A stretch of 57,359 nucleotides of DNA from Candidatus Hodarchaeota archaeon (GCA_016839815.1 JAEOTM010000160.1:1-57359), one strand, 5' to 3'. Positions 29,806 to 41,031 are shown, counted from the stretch's first letter. Notes: generated by a model not told the origin, from the sequence alone. Program-made: numbers and translations.

Positions 29806-30555
29806 GTGAGTGAATCTGAATCAATAGTATGTCCAAATTGTAGTGAAAGAAGCCCAGCTGGGTATATTCTATGTCCTTACTGTGGATTTGATCTTACTAA
29901 AATTTTACGTCAAAGACAAAAAATAGGAATTACATTCAAAGAACGATTTTCGCGTATATGGAGAAGTCTTTCAGATCCCCGTGATAGTAAAATTCTGTTT
30001 AACGAGATTGGTGTCAACCCTGACCGTCTGGGTGTTATTATCTTATTGTACCTAGTTTCAGTTTCATATGCAACCGCTACAGTTGGAACACTCGTTATAA
30101 AGGGAAGCAGTTCAACTTGGCATGATTTCCATTTCTTCTACTTTTTGATTCAACCCTGGTTAACTGGAATAGCATTTTTCATTTTAGCAGTTTTTGGATG
30201 GATAGTCTCAACAATCATTATATGGCTAGTTGCTAAGACCCTTGGGGGAAAGGCAAGTTTGCGAGATACATACAGTATTGTAGGCTATTCGTTGGGCCCA
30301 CTGATTACTGCATGCTTGATTATTTCATTGGTTACGATTTTACTAGGTAAACCTCTTGATGTTACGGATACTCGTCTCTCCTCTGGTTATGCGATTTTTG
30401 ATATTATCTATTTACCGTTTTTAGCAATATGTGCTTATCATTGCGGGAATGGTCTTCAATCTGGTCATTTACTCAACCCTACATATTCTTATATACTTTC
30501 AGGCTCAGTAGCAGGAGGTTATGCCTTACTCTACCTTATCCCTGCTCTAGTTTGA
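29806..30555 (+). CDS. zinc-ribbon + polytopic membrane protein (Yip1-like)
   Basis: CPNCS...CPYCG N-terminal ribbon followed by five hydrophobic helices. Confidence 0.4.
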   Translation: MSESESIVCPNCSERSPAGYILCPYCGFDLTKILRQRQKIGITFKERFSRIWRSLSDPRDSKILFNEIGVNPDRLGVIILLYLVSVSYATATVGTLVIKGSSSTWHDFHFFYFLIQPWLTGIAFFILAVFGWIVSTIIIWLVAKTLGGKASLRDTYSIVGYSLGPLITACLIISLVTILLGKPLDVTDTRLSSGYAIFDIIYLPFLAICAYHCGNGLQSGHLLNPTYSYILSGSVAGGYALLYLIPALV

Positions 30556-30572
30556 GAATATATATTACAATC

Positions 30573-31694
30573 TCACGAATCAAATGATATTTCAAACTTT
30601 AAGGGTTTAGACAAAGAGGGATCTATAACACGAATAATATCTGCAGAACTAAGCAAATTTGAAAGTTTTTCCTTTGAAGAATCAATTGTTATTGTCCCAT
30701 GAATAATTATCATTTCCTTTCCGAGATTGAAGGAATAACGTAATTGATCTATAAAATCATCTATTTGTTGATCAATGGCTGATCTAACGGGAATAGCATT
30801 CAGTTGATATTCACTAGAACAGACAAAACAGTCTTCGCGGCGTGAGAGTTCGATAGCTGTAAATACACCTGCAGATCCATCCCAAAATAAGTATTCCTTA
30901 AGGGAAGGTAATTTTAAAAGAATTTTTAATGTTTCCTGCGCCATTAATCCACCTATCACGAATGAAACACTCGATACTGATGGAATAACTTCATCAACGG
31001 ACTCTTCTTGGCGACTTTCTTTCCTTTGCTCTCCAAAAGGTGTACAAGCCTTTTGTAATTCTTCTTCAGGAATTAAGGATTGACATTCCAAACAGGCATT
31101 CTTACGAGGAATAATGACCTGTAGATTTCCTAAGAATCCAAACATTCCTCCAGAAATTAAGGGAATGTTATGTTCAACTATGAAGGAATTTACCCATCTT
31201 CTATCTACGAATGTATCTAGCCCTTCTACAATAACTTCTGCTGTTTCTAGATCAGATGTTGGTACTACTTGAATTTTCATGTTCAAAGCTGTAACTTTTA
31301 AGTCTGAATTGATTTTCAACAACTCTCGAGCTGCTACTTCAACTTTGGATTTTCCAATATCTTCCATACGGAATAATAATTGACGATTCAAATTACTAAT
31401 TTCAATTGTATCAAAATCTACTAATATTAATTCTCCTACTCCAGCCATTGCTAGTGAAACAGCAGCTACTGAGCCCAATGCCCCCATACCTACAATTATA
31501 ACCTTACCGTCCCGAATTTTCTCTTGATCCCAGTTTTCGATAAGTGTTTGCCTATCATATCGAATTTTTTGAGATTCTTGAGTAAAATTGTCCATTTTTT
31601 TCCCCAGATTGAAGTAGGTAATAATCTTATAATTTCTCCAGCCTGTTTTATTTATATCTATAGAGATTTTATAATGTCTTGGAAACTGAAACAA
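30573..31694 (-). CDS. ubiquitin-activating E1-like enzyme (ThiF/MoeB/UBA fold)
   Basis: Nucleotide-binding GMGALGSVAAVSLAMAGVGELILVDFDTIEISNLNRQ, and a Cys-rich CxxC...CxxC insert. Confidence 0.85.
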   Translation of the reverse strand: MFQFPRHYKISIDINKTGWRNYKIITYFNLGKKMDNFTQESQKIRYDRQTLIENWDQEKIRDGKVIIVGMGALGSVAAVSLAMAGVGELILVDFDTIEISNLNRQLLFRMEDIGKSKVEVAARELLKINSDLKVTALNMKIQVVPTSDLETAEVIVEGLDTFVDRRWVNSFIVEHNIPLISGGMFGFLGNLQVIIPRKNACLECQSLIPEEELQKACTPFGEQRKESRQEESVDEVIPSVSSVSFVIGGLMAQETLKILLKLPSLKEYLFWDGSAGVFTAIELSRREDCFVCSSEYQLNAIPVRSAIDQQIDDFIDQLRYSFNLGKEMIIIHGTITIDSSKEKLSNLLSSADIIRVIDPSLSKPLKFEISFDS

Positions 31695-31819
31695 AAGAAC
31701 AATTTCGAGTTTGGATGAGTGTAAAAGAAAACTGGGAGTTTCATCAATATAAACTCCCCCTGAAATACAAAAAAGAAATGAAAGAAAGAGTCAAAAAAAG
31801 AGGGATGATAAGAGGACGA

Positions 31820-32062
31820 TTAACGATTTGTACCGCCAGTTGTTCTCGTAATCATGTATAATTTATCTAAATCTTCAATTCCTGCGGATTTTAGCGTTTC
31901 GCTCTCATCAAGTTGTTTTCCCTGAAACACGAGAATAACTGAACGAGCAGGAATTCGTTTTTGTTGAGCAACACGCTCTTTGATTGATGCTAAAGATTCA
32001 GTTTTCTCACAGGTAAGTGTAATTTGTCCTCCTCCAATTGCTTGAACTATGTTTATCTGCAT
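31820..32062 (-). CDS. ubiquitin-like protein with GG motif and C-terminal propeptide
   Basis: MQINIV...ITL...SIKERVAQQKRIP...ILVFQGKQLDESETLKSAGIED...LYMITRTTGG-TNR is the ubiquitin beta-grasp pattern, with GG followed by a 3-aa tail. Confidence 0.75.
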   Translation of the reverse strand: MQINIVQAIGGGQITLTCEKTESLASIKERVAQQKRIPARSVILVFQGKQLDESETLKSAGIEDLDKLYMITRTTGGTNR

Positions 32063-32242
32063 TTTTTGGTCCCAGCGGTTTGTTGTTTATCTAACTAGAC
32101 GACATATCCCATGTCGCTTATTGAAATTAACTTGGTATATCTCAAATTTATAATATGAATCTGATTTTATAAACGATACGAAAGGGGATATTGATACTTG
32201 GGAGAATTGTATTCTTGGTCTGAATTACAACCTAAGATACCT

Positions 32243-33034
32243 CTATTTATCTTTATCAATTTCGAGAAATATTATCCCATCATTAGTGATCTGAAACGTT
32301 AATGTTTTCGTTGTATGCTTAGTTCCCCTCATCTTTGTGATTCTAAGGATTCGCATCATTTCTCCTCGTACAGATAGCATATCCAAATGGATAATTGAAT
32401 CGGCAATATACTCTTCTCCAAAGATTGAGGCTCCTGTATTGCTAGGTAACTCTGATATTGCGATTGTGGTAACATTTAATGAGGCTATATTCGCTAAAAA
32501 TCCTGTAGTTATTTTCCTCAGAAAGCCTTCATCATTACCATAATCATAAAAACGAAAAGCAGCAAGGGGATCTATTACAATCCTCTCGATCTTCTTTTCC
32601 TCCACTACTTGGCTAATATGATAGAATACACGATGCAAAAACGTTGGTAGGGAAGTCTCATCATAGGGTACACCTTCTGCTTCAATAATGAACGGAGAAT
32701 CTTCACCAATATTTAGACTATCAGGATCCCATAATTCCCAACCTGATGGGGTAAAATCGAGCATAACTATTTTTTCTGGTTCTACATAGTGATTATGATC
32801 AAAAAACGAAAAATTACTAGCATCACGACGAATAGCCCACGGAGGTTCCTGCATAGCTATAAGTAGACCATTTTCATTCTTCAACGCACCTTCTGACAAA
32901 AAATGCAAACCGAAGATGGTTTTTCCAGCTCCAGCTGGTCCAATTACTAAATTTGTTGAACCTTTGATAAATCCACCTTGAGTGAGTTCATCTAGATAGG
33001 GAATACCACTGGTTACACGAACTTTTTCGAACAA
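32243..33034 (-). CDS. KaiC/RadA-like RecA-superfamily ATPase
   Basis: IPYLDELTQGGFIKGSTNLVIGPAGAGKT Walker A in a KaiC-like single-domain context. Confidence 0.65.
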   Translation of the reverse strand: MFEKVRVTSGIPYLDELTQGGFIKGSTNLVIGPAGAGKTIFGLHFLSEGALKNENGLLIAMQEPPWAIRRDASNFSFFDHNHYVEPEKIVMLDFTPSGWELWDPDSLNIGEDSPFIIEAEGVPYDETSLPTFLHRVFYHISQVVEEKKIERIVIDPLAAFRFYDYGNDEGFLRKITTGFLANIASLNVTTIAISELPSNTGASIFGEEYIADSIIHLDMLSVRGEMMRILRITKMRGTKHTTKTLTFQITNDGIIFLEIDKDK

Positions 33035-33153
33035 ATGAAGGCCACATATCCTCTAAGGGTTTCTAGTGGAAAATTGGATTTCATTCCTTATTAGTTGAAC
33101 TTAATTCGATTGTCCAATAATAAAGCTAAATACGACTAAGGATCAGCTGAAAT

Positions 33154-33723
33154 TCAAACTTGGGTTTGTTCAACCACTACTCTTCGATATTTTATCATTT
33201 CTTTGACCAAATATTTGAAAGCTGCTTCAAGATTCTCCCCACTACGAATCCCACCAGGATCTGTTGCTACAGTCCCAAAAATTTGATATGCATACTCCTT
33301 AAGATGTGCTTCAACAAATGCTTTGTGAATGAAATCAGGTGATAAAGCTATAGGCAAGTCTTGTTTATTAGCGATTACTAAAATTGGTATTTTTCCAGGG
33401 ATTAATCGTAATGCCTCATCTAACCATTGTTCGTCGTATCTGAAATTTCTTTGGGAGCTATCCACAACAAATACGATGCCATCAGCAGTTCGTACAAACC
33501 GTTCATGATACCGCATATCTAAGAAACGCTTTTGCCCACCAACATCAATTAACCCAATTACAGCAGAATCGATTTCAACATGGGATACTCCAAAGGCAAT
33601 CGTTGGTTTTATATTACTTGGTGCAGGATATCCATGTTCTAAGTAAAAAGCGATGGAGGATTTTCCTACTCCACTCGTACCAAGCAGTATTACCGAAAAA
33701 ATGTTCTCAGATGAGGTTTGCAT
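33154..33723 (-). CDS. Arf/Sar-family small GTPase
   Basis: G1 GTSGVGKSS, Arf-type G3 DVGGQ, G4 NKQD. Confidence 0.8.
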   Translation of the reverse strand: MQTSSENIFSVILLGTSGVGKSSIAFYLEHGYPAPSNIKPTIAFGVSHVEIDSAVIGLIDVGGQKRFLDMRYHERFVRTADGIVFVVDSSQRNFRYDEQWLDEALRLIPGKIPILVIANKQDLPIALSPDFIHKAFVEAHLKEYAYQIFGTVATDPGGIRSGENLEAAFKYLVKEMIKYRRVVVEQTQV

Positions 33724-33959
33724 ATGGAAATTAATCCTTTCTTTATTACAAACGTCTGATAAATGGCTCAGACATTAAAGATACACGTGTAAATTAAATC
33801 TCCGACACACGGATTAAAAATGGAATAGAAACTTTAAAAGAGATTCCAAACTAAAAATTAGTTCAGGGATGTATAAAATTTATCAGGTATTTCAATAGAA
33901 ATTTATGTTTAGAATCCTGAATTAGATTAATTAATACTTACTCCTTTCAGGTAATTATA

Positions 33960-34343
33960 ATGAGTCAAAGACCTCGCGAATTCAATATTGAGTCGTTAAA
34001 AACTCCGAAAGGAGACGTACCAACCGTAAAAGGACTAGAAACGCTAATTGAGCTTATTTTCTCTGAAAATCACAAAATCGATCAAAATTTTACTATTCTT
34101 AATCAGAAAATTGAAGATTTCAGCGCTATGATTTCCCATCAAACAAAGCAGATCTCAGATCTAGCAAAGAATTTCTCTGATCTAGTTGTCATATTAGGAG
34201 GTTTGGAACGAAAATTTGAACAGCAACAATCTGCTTCAACAAATAATCGTTTCATTGAAACTATCGATTTATTAACATTAAAGAAGGATATATCACAAAT
34301 TCTAAATAAAATAGAATCCCTCTTTGTAGTTAATGAGAGGTAG
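33960..34343 (+). CDS. hypothetical coiled-coil protein
   Basis: 127-aa helical ORF with no motif. Confidence 0.25.
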   Translation: MSQRPREFNIESLKTPKGDVPTVKGLETLIELIFSENHKIDQNFTILNQKIEDFSAMISHQTKQISDLAKNFSDLVVILGGLERKFEQQQSASTNNRFIETIDLLTLKKDISQILNKIESLFVVNER

Positions 34344-34352
34344 AAGTTCTCT

Positions 34353-34565
34353 ATGAACAAAAACAGAATAAAACTAATTTCTCGTCCAATTGGATCTTGG
34401 GATCCGTTTCAAGCTCCCTCACGATGCATAATATGCTGGAAACCAATGAAGGAAGGTGATGCATTAATGGAATGTCCCCATTGTCATAGCAGGGGGCATC
34501 AGGAGCATATGTTACGCTGGTTGTCAAAAAAGGATTATTGTCCTTACTGCAATAACAAGTGGTAA
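34353..34565 (+). CDS. small RING-like zinc-finger protein
   Basis: C-x2-C-x13-C-x3-H-x3-H-x2-H-x10-C-x2-C spacing approximates a RING-H2 cross-brace (ligand 6 is His). Confidence 0.4.
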   Translation: MNKNRIKLISRPIGSWDPFQAPSRCIICWKPMKEGDALMECPHCHSRGHQEHMLRWLSKKDYCPYCNNKW

Positions 34566-34566
34566 T

Positions 34567-35019
34567 ATGAAAAAGATATTAGATTTACCTAAAGTCCTTC
34601 AAGACTTGGTACGGGCACTAGAGGAATATTTAGATCAAATTCTTTCTACCCGTGAAAGAACTCTGCCTGTTAAAATCAAATCTCTTAACCAAAATACCAT
34701 TTTAACTTGGAATATATATCCAGAACCTCAAAGCGAAATTAAAAAGATTTTCACACAACTAAAAGAGATAATCTCACATATTTTGGAACAGCCTCTGGAC
34801 GGTGAGTTGATTCATTCTGAACTAAGGAAAGGACGAATTCTTGATGGCGGAATCAACGCTTTTTCGATTATCCAGGGATTTTCTTGGGATTTATATCTGT
34901 ATCAACCTGAAACTTTTGTATATTTCCGTTTATTACACGAATCCACTCTTGATATCACAAATGAATGGATTTCAATTGATATCGATTTGATAGAAAACTC
35001 AGCATGGTTTGTTGAATAG
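34567..35019 (+). CDS. hypothetical protein
   Basis: 150-aa ORF with a 2-nt gap to the upstream ORF and no motif. Confidence 0.25.
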   Translation: MKKILDLPKVLQDLVRALEEYLDQILSTRERTLPVKIKSLNQNTILTWNIYPEPQSEIKKIFTQLKEIISHILEQPLDGELIHSELRKGRILDGGINAFSIIQGFSWDLYLYQPETFVYFRLLHESTLDITNEWISIDIDLIENSAWFVE

Positions 35020-35030
35020 GTTTTTTTTCC

Positions 35031-35975
35031 TCAAATAGTCTTCCATCTTTTTGAATAACTTTCGTATTCGGTACGTCCCTCACTCTCTATCTCTTTAAGA
35101 AACGCTGTTGCAGTAGTTGATGCAACCCCCAAATCACTGAATGGGGATTCCCATGAAATCCCAATAGTATTTATGTATTCTTCTGCGATATATTGTACTT
35201 TTGCTTCTCCTTTGCTTACAAGTACATCATATATAGTATCTTTTGTGTGATTATGCTCAAAAATTAAATTGTGTAAATAGAGCTCAAAAGGATGAGGAAT
35301 AGGACTCTGGTGGGCTGGACAGATTATTTCAGTTGAAAGATTGGTTAACATTTTTAATAATTTCAATCGCTTTTTAGCGCTTCCTGTACCGTCTATATAG
35401 AATGACGCAGGCTGTTCTGGTGCAATATTCCCCTCATCACCAATAAATGTGCATTTAGCAGAATAAGCTTGAATTAGGATTGAATCTTGTGAATGTCCTC
35501 CCGTCGATTGTAAAATGAGTTCTTCTGAACCTAAATCTATAGTTTCACTATCTCCAACACACGTAATCAGTTCTTCTTTCACTTTACTAATCTTCGAAAA
35601 TAAAGATGACTTCATTGCCAAACTAAATTTTGACGGATTTGGAAATTGTTCCTCTAGAATGTATTTCTGCCCTTCAGTCAGTGCTCTTTTACCCGATTCG
35701 TGTACAACAATTTGGGGTTTGACTTTTGATAATGCACTTATTCCAGCCCAATGGTCAGGATGAGTATGTGTTAGAATTAAATATTTGATTTCAGACGTAT
35801 TTCTACCTGATTTTTTTACAAATGAAAGGATATCCTTCCCGACTGATCTGGAGGGTAAATCGATTATGGCTATTTTTTCCCCCATGACTAAATAGCTTGC
35901 AAACTCTTCTTTTTGTTTACCAGTTTTCCCTACAATCCGAAATACTCCAGGTGCCCATTCTACAAAGTTCCCCAT
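35031..35975 (-). CDS. MBL-fold metallo-hydrolase
   Basis: LILTHTHPDHWAG HxHxDH motif, 314 aa. Confidence 0.7.
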   Translation of the reverse strand: MGNFVEWAPGVFRIVGKTGKQKEEFASYLVMGEKIAIIDLPSRSVGKDILSFVKKSGRNTSEIKYLILTHTHPDHWAGISALSKVKPQIVVHESGKRALTEGQKYILEEQFPNPSKFSLAMKSSLFSKISKVKEELITCVGDSETIDLGSEELILQSTGGHSQDSILIQAYSAKCTFIGDEGNIAPEQPASFYIDGTGSAKKRLKLLKMLTNLSTEIICPAHQSPIPHPFELYLHNLIFEHNHTKDTIYDVLVSKGEAKVQYIAEEYINTIGISWESPFSDLGVASTTATAFLKEIESEGRTEYESYSKRWKTI

Positions 35976-36148
35976 GATTTTTCACAACTGTCACTTAAAA
36001 ATGATTTTTTTCGCTTATTAATCTCACAATTTCTTTATTAATGCCTTTTGGTGGAGGAGGTAAGATTTCTGTTAAAGATTTTCCCTGCACTAATAAAGGA
36101 TAATTTTTAAAAAGAATCTCTAGAATCAAGATCGTATACGAGAGTCCT

Positions 36149-37180
36149 TTGAGGGATACCATATTGAACTTAGACGAATTAATCGAACATGGTTTTATTC
36201 CTGTAATTGATCCTACAACACCTGATTCACTAGCAGGCCAAGGAGCAAACGCATTTCTTGCTGAATATGGAGGGGTGGTTGAAGAAGTAGCACTCGTTTG
36301 CAAGAAAGAGGACGGATTAGTTACTTTTCGAAGTGGGGCAGCACCTAGTGATCGGAATTATGAAAACTTTTTTACAGATTTTACAGAATTAGCAAATGAT
36401 CTTGGAATGAAAACACACGCCTTTTCCTATGCTTTTGGCGACTCTTATCTTGGATCAGATCCAAACTATTCAATTGGTCGTTCAGATGGCACATTAATGA
36501 CTACCTATGTGGATCCAAGCATGGATGGATACTGGAAACACCTAAGTCAGATTTCTCGTGAGGTTGCTCGTAAACCTATTAGATCAATGATTTTACAAGA
36601 ATTTCTCTTCCCACGTCAGGAGTTTTCATTTTCAAAACGAGCAGTACGAAAATTTGCAGAATTGTCTGGTGTAAGCTTGGATACTAGTTATCTCGATATA
36701 CAAAAAGATCCATCTATTCAACGAATGTTTGAAGACTGGCGAGCTGATTTAATAAGTAGAGCGTTCCGTCAGACTGTTGAAGATGCTAGGAGTGAACGTC
36801 CAAGTTTGGATATTGGTATGGTTGTTCCCGTTGATCCTGAAACCGAGTGGCACGATGGTTTCAACCGTCATTATGGAATCAATCTCGATAGAATTATAGA
36901 AATTTGTGGATATGTCATTTACCATATTATGCCTTATTCTCCAATGTACCCTGAACCTGGTTCTCCAAGCTGGGATATATTAACTCAAGCCCTTCGTAGT
37001 TCAACCCTCTATGAGGAAAGTGGATATAAGAAAGCACTATTTGTCTGGGGATTGGATGCAGAAGATGATGTCAGCTGGATTGAAAATCTAAAACAGGAAG
37101 TTAATGCGGATAAAATTTTCGCCCGACTTGAATATCCTGATAAATATTCTATTAAACGTGAAATCCATCGTGGAGTTTGA
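36149..37180 (+). CDS. hypothetical protein
   Basis: 343-aa ORF with coding composition and no recognisable domain. Start uncertain. Confidence 0.3.
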   Translation: MRDTILNLDELIEHGFIPVIDPTTPDSLAGQGANAFLAEYGGVVEEVALVCKKEDGLVTFRSGAAPSDRNYENFFTDFTELANDLGMKTHAFSYAFGDSYLGSDPNYSIGRSDGTLMTTYVDPSMDGYWKHLSQISREVARKPIRSMILQEFLFPRQEFSFSKRAVRKFAELSGVSLDTSYLDIQKDPSIQRMFEDWRADLISRAFRQTVEDARSERPSLDIGMVVPVDPETEWHDGFNRHYGINLDRIIEICGYVIYHIMPYSPMYPEPGSPSWDILTQALRSSTLYEESGYKKALFVWGLDAEDDVSWIENLKQEVNADKIFARLEYPDKYSIKREIHRGV

Positions 37181-37187
37181 ACTTCCC

Positions 37188-37640
37188 CTATTTTTGGTTC
37201 CAGTGTGCATAACGTCGGATATAATCCACCACTTGATTCTGAAATAAACTACGATTCCGTTTCCACTGACGTGCTGCAGTCGCATTTAGAGGATCATCTG
37301 GATTTGGACTTGTTAAGAGAAATCGAATTGTTTCAACAACTTGAACCAAGCTATATGCAGGACTCCAATCCTTCCCGAGAATACCCACACATACCTTTTC
37401 TCTAAATATATTTACATGCCAAATAGGAGTCTTGAATCGAACCTTTGGTGGTTCAAATGGATAACTACGAGGGATTTTTATTTCTATTACAAACACCCCT
37501 CCTTCATATAACCCCGAACCAAGAATCTCGCCTTTCCAAAATGTTAAATCATTTCCCACAGATCGGAAGGTAGGTTGTTCCCGAGTTAGCTCTTGAGCTT
37601 CAATTGCCAGTCGATCCAACCATTCTTCTTCCGTTAACAA
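37188..37640 (-). CDS. ubiquitin-conjugating enzyme E2 (UBC fold)
   Basis: PPKVRFKTPIWHVNIFREKVCVGILGKDWSPAYSL is the UBC core with the active-site Cys, then the SPNPDDPLN helix. Confidence 0.8.
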   Translation of the reverse strand: MLTEEEWLDRLAIEAQELTREQPTFRSVGNDLTFWKGEILGSGLYEGGVFVIEIKIPRSYPFEPPKVRFKTPIWHVNIFREKVCVGILGKDWSPAYSLVQVVETIRFLLTSPNPDDPLNATAARQWKRNRSLFQNQVVDYIRRYAHWNQK

Positions 37641-38896
37641 CCTAGTTTCACCGCTCTTTTTGTCTATATCAGTGAACTGCCACTTAGTTAATAAATATAA
37701 GTGAATAGGACTCTGGTGAAACTACGTTCTATAAGGGTAAAAAATTAGGTTTATAGGAAAGGTGATTTCTGCTAGAAACATAATCTGACAGTAACACTTT
37801 TATTTATTTTAGAAGTGAAAAACATTCAAGCATACTCCCTAAGTTCTTAACATTTTAAGCAAATTACTGGTAAGGTGGCTCTGTTATTTGAGTGAAGCAT
37901 ACTTAGATATTCTTGATCGATTTACAAAGATCCAAGAAATAATGATTCTCGATGACAAGGAATATCGGAAGAATCCGAAAAAGACGGCCAGAATCGCTAG
38001 TATGCTTGTGATGGCTAGCTTATATTCAAGATTTTCTTTGGATCGCCAATATGCAGTGTTCAAAGCTATGAAACAATCAATGCGTGAAAAACTTGATAGC
38101 TATAAAGCTCTAGGTGATTCAGTTGATGATATTGCAGCTACGTTGATCTACGCATCTGAAGTCAACAAGAGTAAAACAGGTTAACGCAGAAACATCCCAT
38201 TTTCTTTGTAGCCCCTCCTCTACGTGAGGAAGACCATTAAAGAATTTCTCCGTTCTTTCAATGTTTAATTTTGAAATCGAATTAATAACTTCAGCAGTTC
38301 AATGTTTAGTCCAAAAAATGAATATACTTGTTAAATTAAAACCGATTTTATATTCAAATAACCCATTGCAGCATTTAAGAAAAATAAAATACAGAAACAG
38401 TAAGAGGGGGGAGGGAGGGGATCCAGCGCTAATAAAAAACAAAGTTTTTTGGCACGCTGAATCCCAAAACATCTTAGTTTTTGAACCACTTTGACCTTAA
38501 GGGTCTAACTGGTTATGCAAGCTTCCTTTGCACAACTTTATAATATTTTTTATAAGTTACACCAAAAAAGCCTTGCTTCTCTTCGTAGACAAATTAACTA
38601 CTTCGTAGTACTCTATTTTTATCCAATTCTATCTTTGAAAGACAATGCGTTTAGAAGTATATCTGCTAAAGTCTTTTTAACCTCGAAAGAATTTTAAATT
38701 CTCATTTTTCTGCTTTTGTAGAGGCGATAAAACATGTGGGATTGCCAAATGCTTGAATTACTATGAATTCTTTTTTGGTTTTTTTCAAGATATAGTTCTA
38801 GGTCGCCTTAGTAGATTTGAATATCATATTTCTCTTTATCTCTCAATTTCTTTCACAATTATACTTATTGTTTATTTTAAAATTAATTATTAGGAT

Positions 38897-40987
38897 GTGT
38901 TACTTCTGGAAGACTTAACTGATAAGAAATTTGTTGTGTGTCCAGCGTGGCCGTATATGAACGCCGTTCCTCACCTTGGAACTGTTCTGCATCTTCTCAG
39001 TGCAGATATTTACGTCCGTTACCTAAAACTCCGAGGAGCAAATGTTATTTCAGCTACAGGATCCGACTGTCACGGAACGCCGATTGAAGTCGCGGCCCTA
39101 GCCGAGGGGATTTCACCTGAAGAGTTGGTCAATCGTAATCATTCTCAAATTACACAACTACTTCGGGAATGGAATATCGACCTTAATTACTCAAAAACTG
39201 CCAATCCATTCCATTATCAATGGGTTCAGGATTTCTACAGGAAATGCTTTGAAAATGGTTACATTTTCAGTAAGGAAATCGATCAGCTTTATTGTAAGAC
39301 AGATAAACGATTTTTACCCGATAGATTTGTAGAAGGTACCTGTCCTTATTGTGAGACTCCAGGAGCACGTGGAGATCAATGTGATTCCCCAACCTGTGGG
39401 AAACCTCTCAGTCCTGTCGAATTGATCAATCCTGTTTGTAAAATTTGTGGGAAACCACCTGTGAAAAAAACCACAACTCAATGGTATTATGATTTTAGTG
39501 CATTTCAAGAGGAATTATCAGATTACATAAAACGAAATCAAACTCTTCCAGATAATGCCCGAAAGTTCTCAAATCATATTCTTGAAGAAGGATTACAAGC
39601 ACGAACACTTACCCGAGATTTAGCATGGGGTATTCCAGCTGGTCCCTCTATTCCTGGAGCTGATGCAAAAGTGATTTATGTTTGGCTAGAGGCAGTCTTG
39701 GGATATGTTTCCGCATCAGCTGAACTAGGATTACGTTTATACAAAGATCCTGACTATTGGAAGCAATTTTGGCTTGATCAAGATACTCAAACAATTTTTT
39801 TCATCGGAAAGGATAATATATTCTTTCATACTCTACTCTTTCCTGCACTCCTATTGGGGACAAAAGAGAGCTATGGAAAGCCATTTGTTCTTCCCTACAA
39901 TGTTAGCACAACCGAATTTTTGATATTCGATGATGATAAGTTTAGTAAATCTAGAGGTATTGGAGTGTGGATTGATGAAGCAGCACAGCTTCTTCCAACT
40001 GATTATTGGCGGTACTTTTTAGCGGCTACACGCCCAGAAATTAAGGATACTTCATTTACTTGGTCGGAATTTGAACAACGGATTAATAATGATCTTAATG
40101 ATGTCCTAGGCAACTATATCCATCGTGTTTTTGTGTTGATTCATAAATATTTTGAAGGAAAGATTCCAGAGTGCCACAGATTAGATGCTACGGACAGAGA
40201 ATTTGTTTCCGCAATCCACAATGTTCCCGAGTCTGTAGCTGATTATTTTGATAACTTTGAGTTTAAAAAAGCTGTAGCTGCGATAATTGATTTTGCTCGT
40301 ACAGCAAATGGCTATTTGAGCACAAAAGAGCCATGGAAATTAATTAAATCTGATCCTACCACCGTTGAAACTACTTTATATCTTTGCGCTCAATCAGTTG
40401 CCACTTTGAGTGTTCTTTTAGGACCAATCATTCCTGATTCTGCAGCAAAGATATGGCAAATACTAAAACAGGAAGGTAGTATCCATATTCAGCTTTTTCA
40501 GGAAGCAGGAAAGCTCAAATTAAATCCTGGTTCACTCATCTTAGAATCAAAACCTCTATTTGAAAAAATAGAGAGTGAGGACCTGCAGAAAAAACTTGAT
40601 GTAATTCAAAAGAAAGCAAATAAGAAACCAAAAAAGGTGAAAAAAGTGCCAGATAGGGACATAATTCCATTTAAAGATTTTGAAAGGCTGGATATTCGCA
40701 TAGGAACAATAACCAAGGCTGAAAAGATACCTAAAGCTAAGAATCTTCTTAAACTAAGGGTTGATCTGGGGGAAGATCTTGGAGAGAGACAATTAGTGGC
40801 TGGACTAGCATCATTCCGTGACCCTAAAGAGTTAATTGACCAAAGAATTACTGTAATAGTAAATCTTGAACCAGCGACAATTAGAGGTGTAAGATCAGAA
40901 GGAATGCTTCTCGCGGCAGTTGAAGGCAAAGATTTAGGCTTATTAATTCCTGACAAAGACATTCCTAACGGTACAAAAGTAAGCTAA
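38897..40987 (+). CDS. metG: methionyl-tRNA synthetase with C-terminal tRNA-binding (EMAP/Trbp111-like) domain
   Basis: P-YMN..PHLGT HIGH region, Zn knuckle CPYC...CDSPTCG, KFSKSRG KMSKS motif, C-terminal DIRIGTITKAEKIPKAKNLLKLRVDLGE OB fold. Annotated start is a non-ATG start. Confidence 0.9.
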   Translation: MLLLEDLTDKKFVVCPAWPYMNAVPHLGTVLHLLSADIYVRYLKLRGANVISATGSDCHGTPIEVAALAEGISPEELVNRNHSQITQLLREWNIDLNYSKTANPFHYQWVQDFYRKCFENGYIFSKEIDQLYCKTDKRFLPDRFVEGTCPYCETPGARGDQCDSPTCGKPLSPVELINPVCKICGKPPVKKTTTQWYYDFSAFQEELSDYIKRNQTLPDNARKFSNHILEEGLQARTLTRDLAWGIPAGPSIPGADAKVIYVWLEAVLGYVSASAELGLRLYKDPDYWKQFWLDQDTQTIFFIGKDNIFFHTLLFPALLLGTKESYGKPFVLPYNVSTTEFLIFDDDKFSKSRGIGVWIDEAAQLLPTDYWRYFLAATRPEIKDTSFTWSEFEQRINNDLNDVLGNYIHRVFVLIHKYFEGKIPECHRLDATDREFVSAIHNVPESVADYFDNFEFKKAVAAIIDFARTANGYLSTKEPWKLIKSDPTTVETTLYLCAQSVATLSVLLGPIIPDSAAKIWQILKQEGSIHIQLFQEAGKLKLNPGSLILESKPLFEKIESEDLQKKLDVIQKKANKKPKKVKKVPDRDIIPFKDFERLDIRIGTITKAEKIPKAKNLLKLRVDLGEDLGERQLVAGLASFRDPKELIDQRITVIVNLEPATIRGVRSEGMLLAAVEGKDLGLLIPDKDIPNGTKVS

Positions 40988-41031
40988 AGTTTTTTAGAAA
41001 CCATTCCCATTCGAGATTTAGGGATGACCTA

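Noticed and set aside
38261-38697. Two short plus-strand ORFs (77 and 60 aa) upstream of metG
   Set aside because: Low-complexity, AT-rich intergenic region with no coding signal. Probably the promoter or leader of metG.
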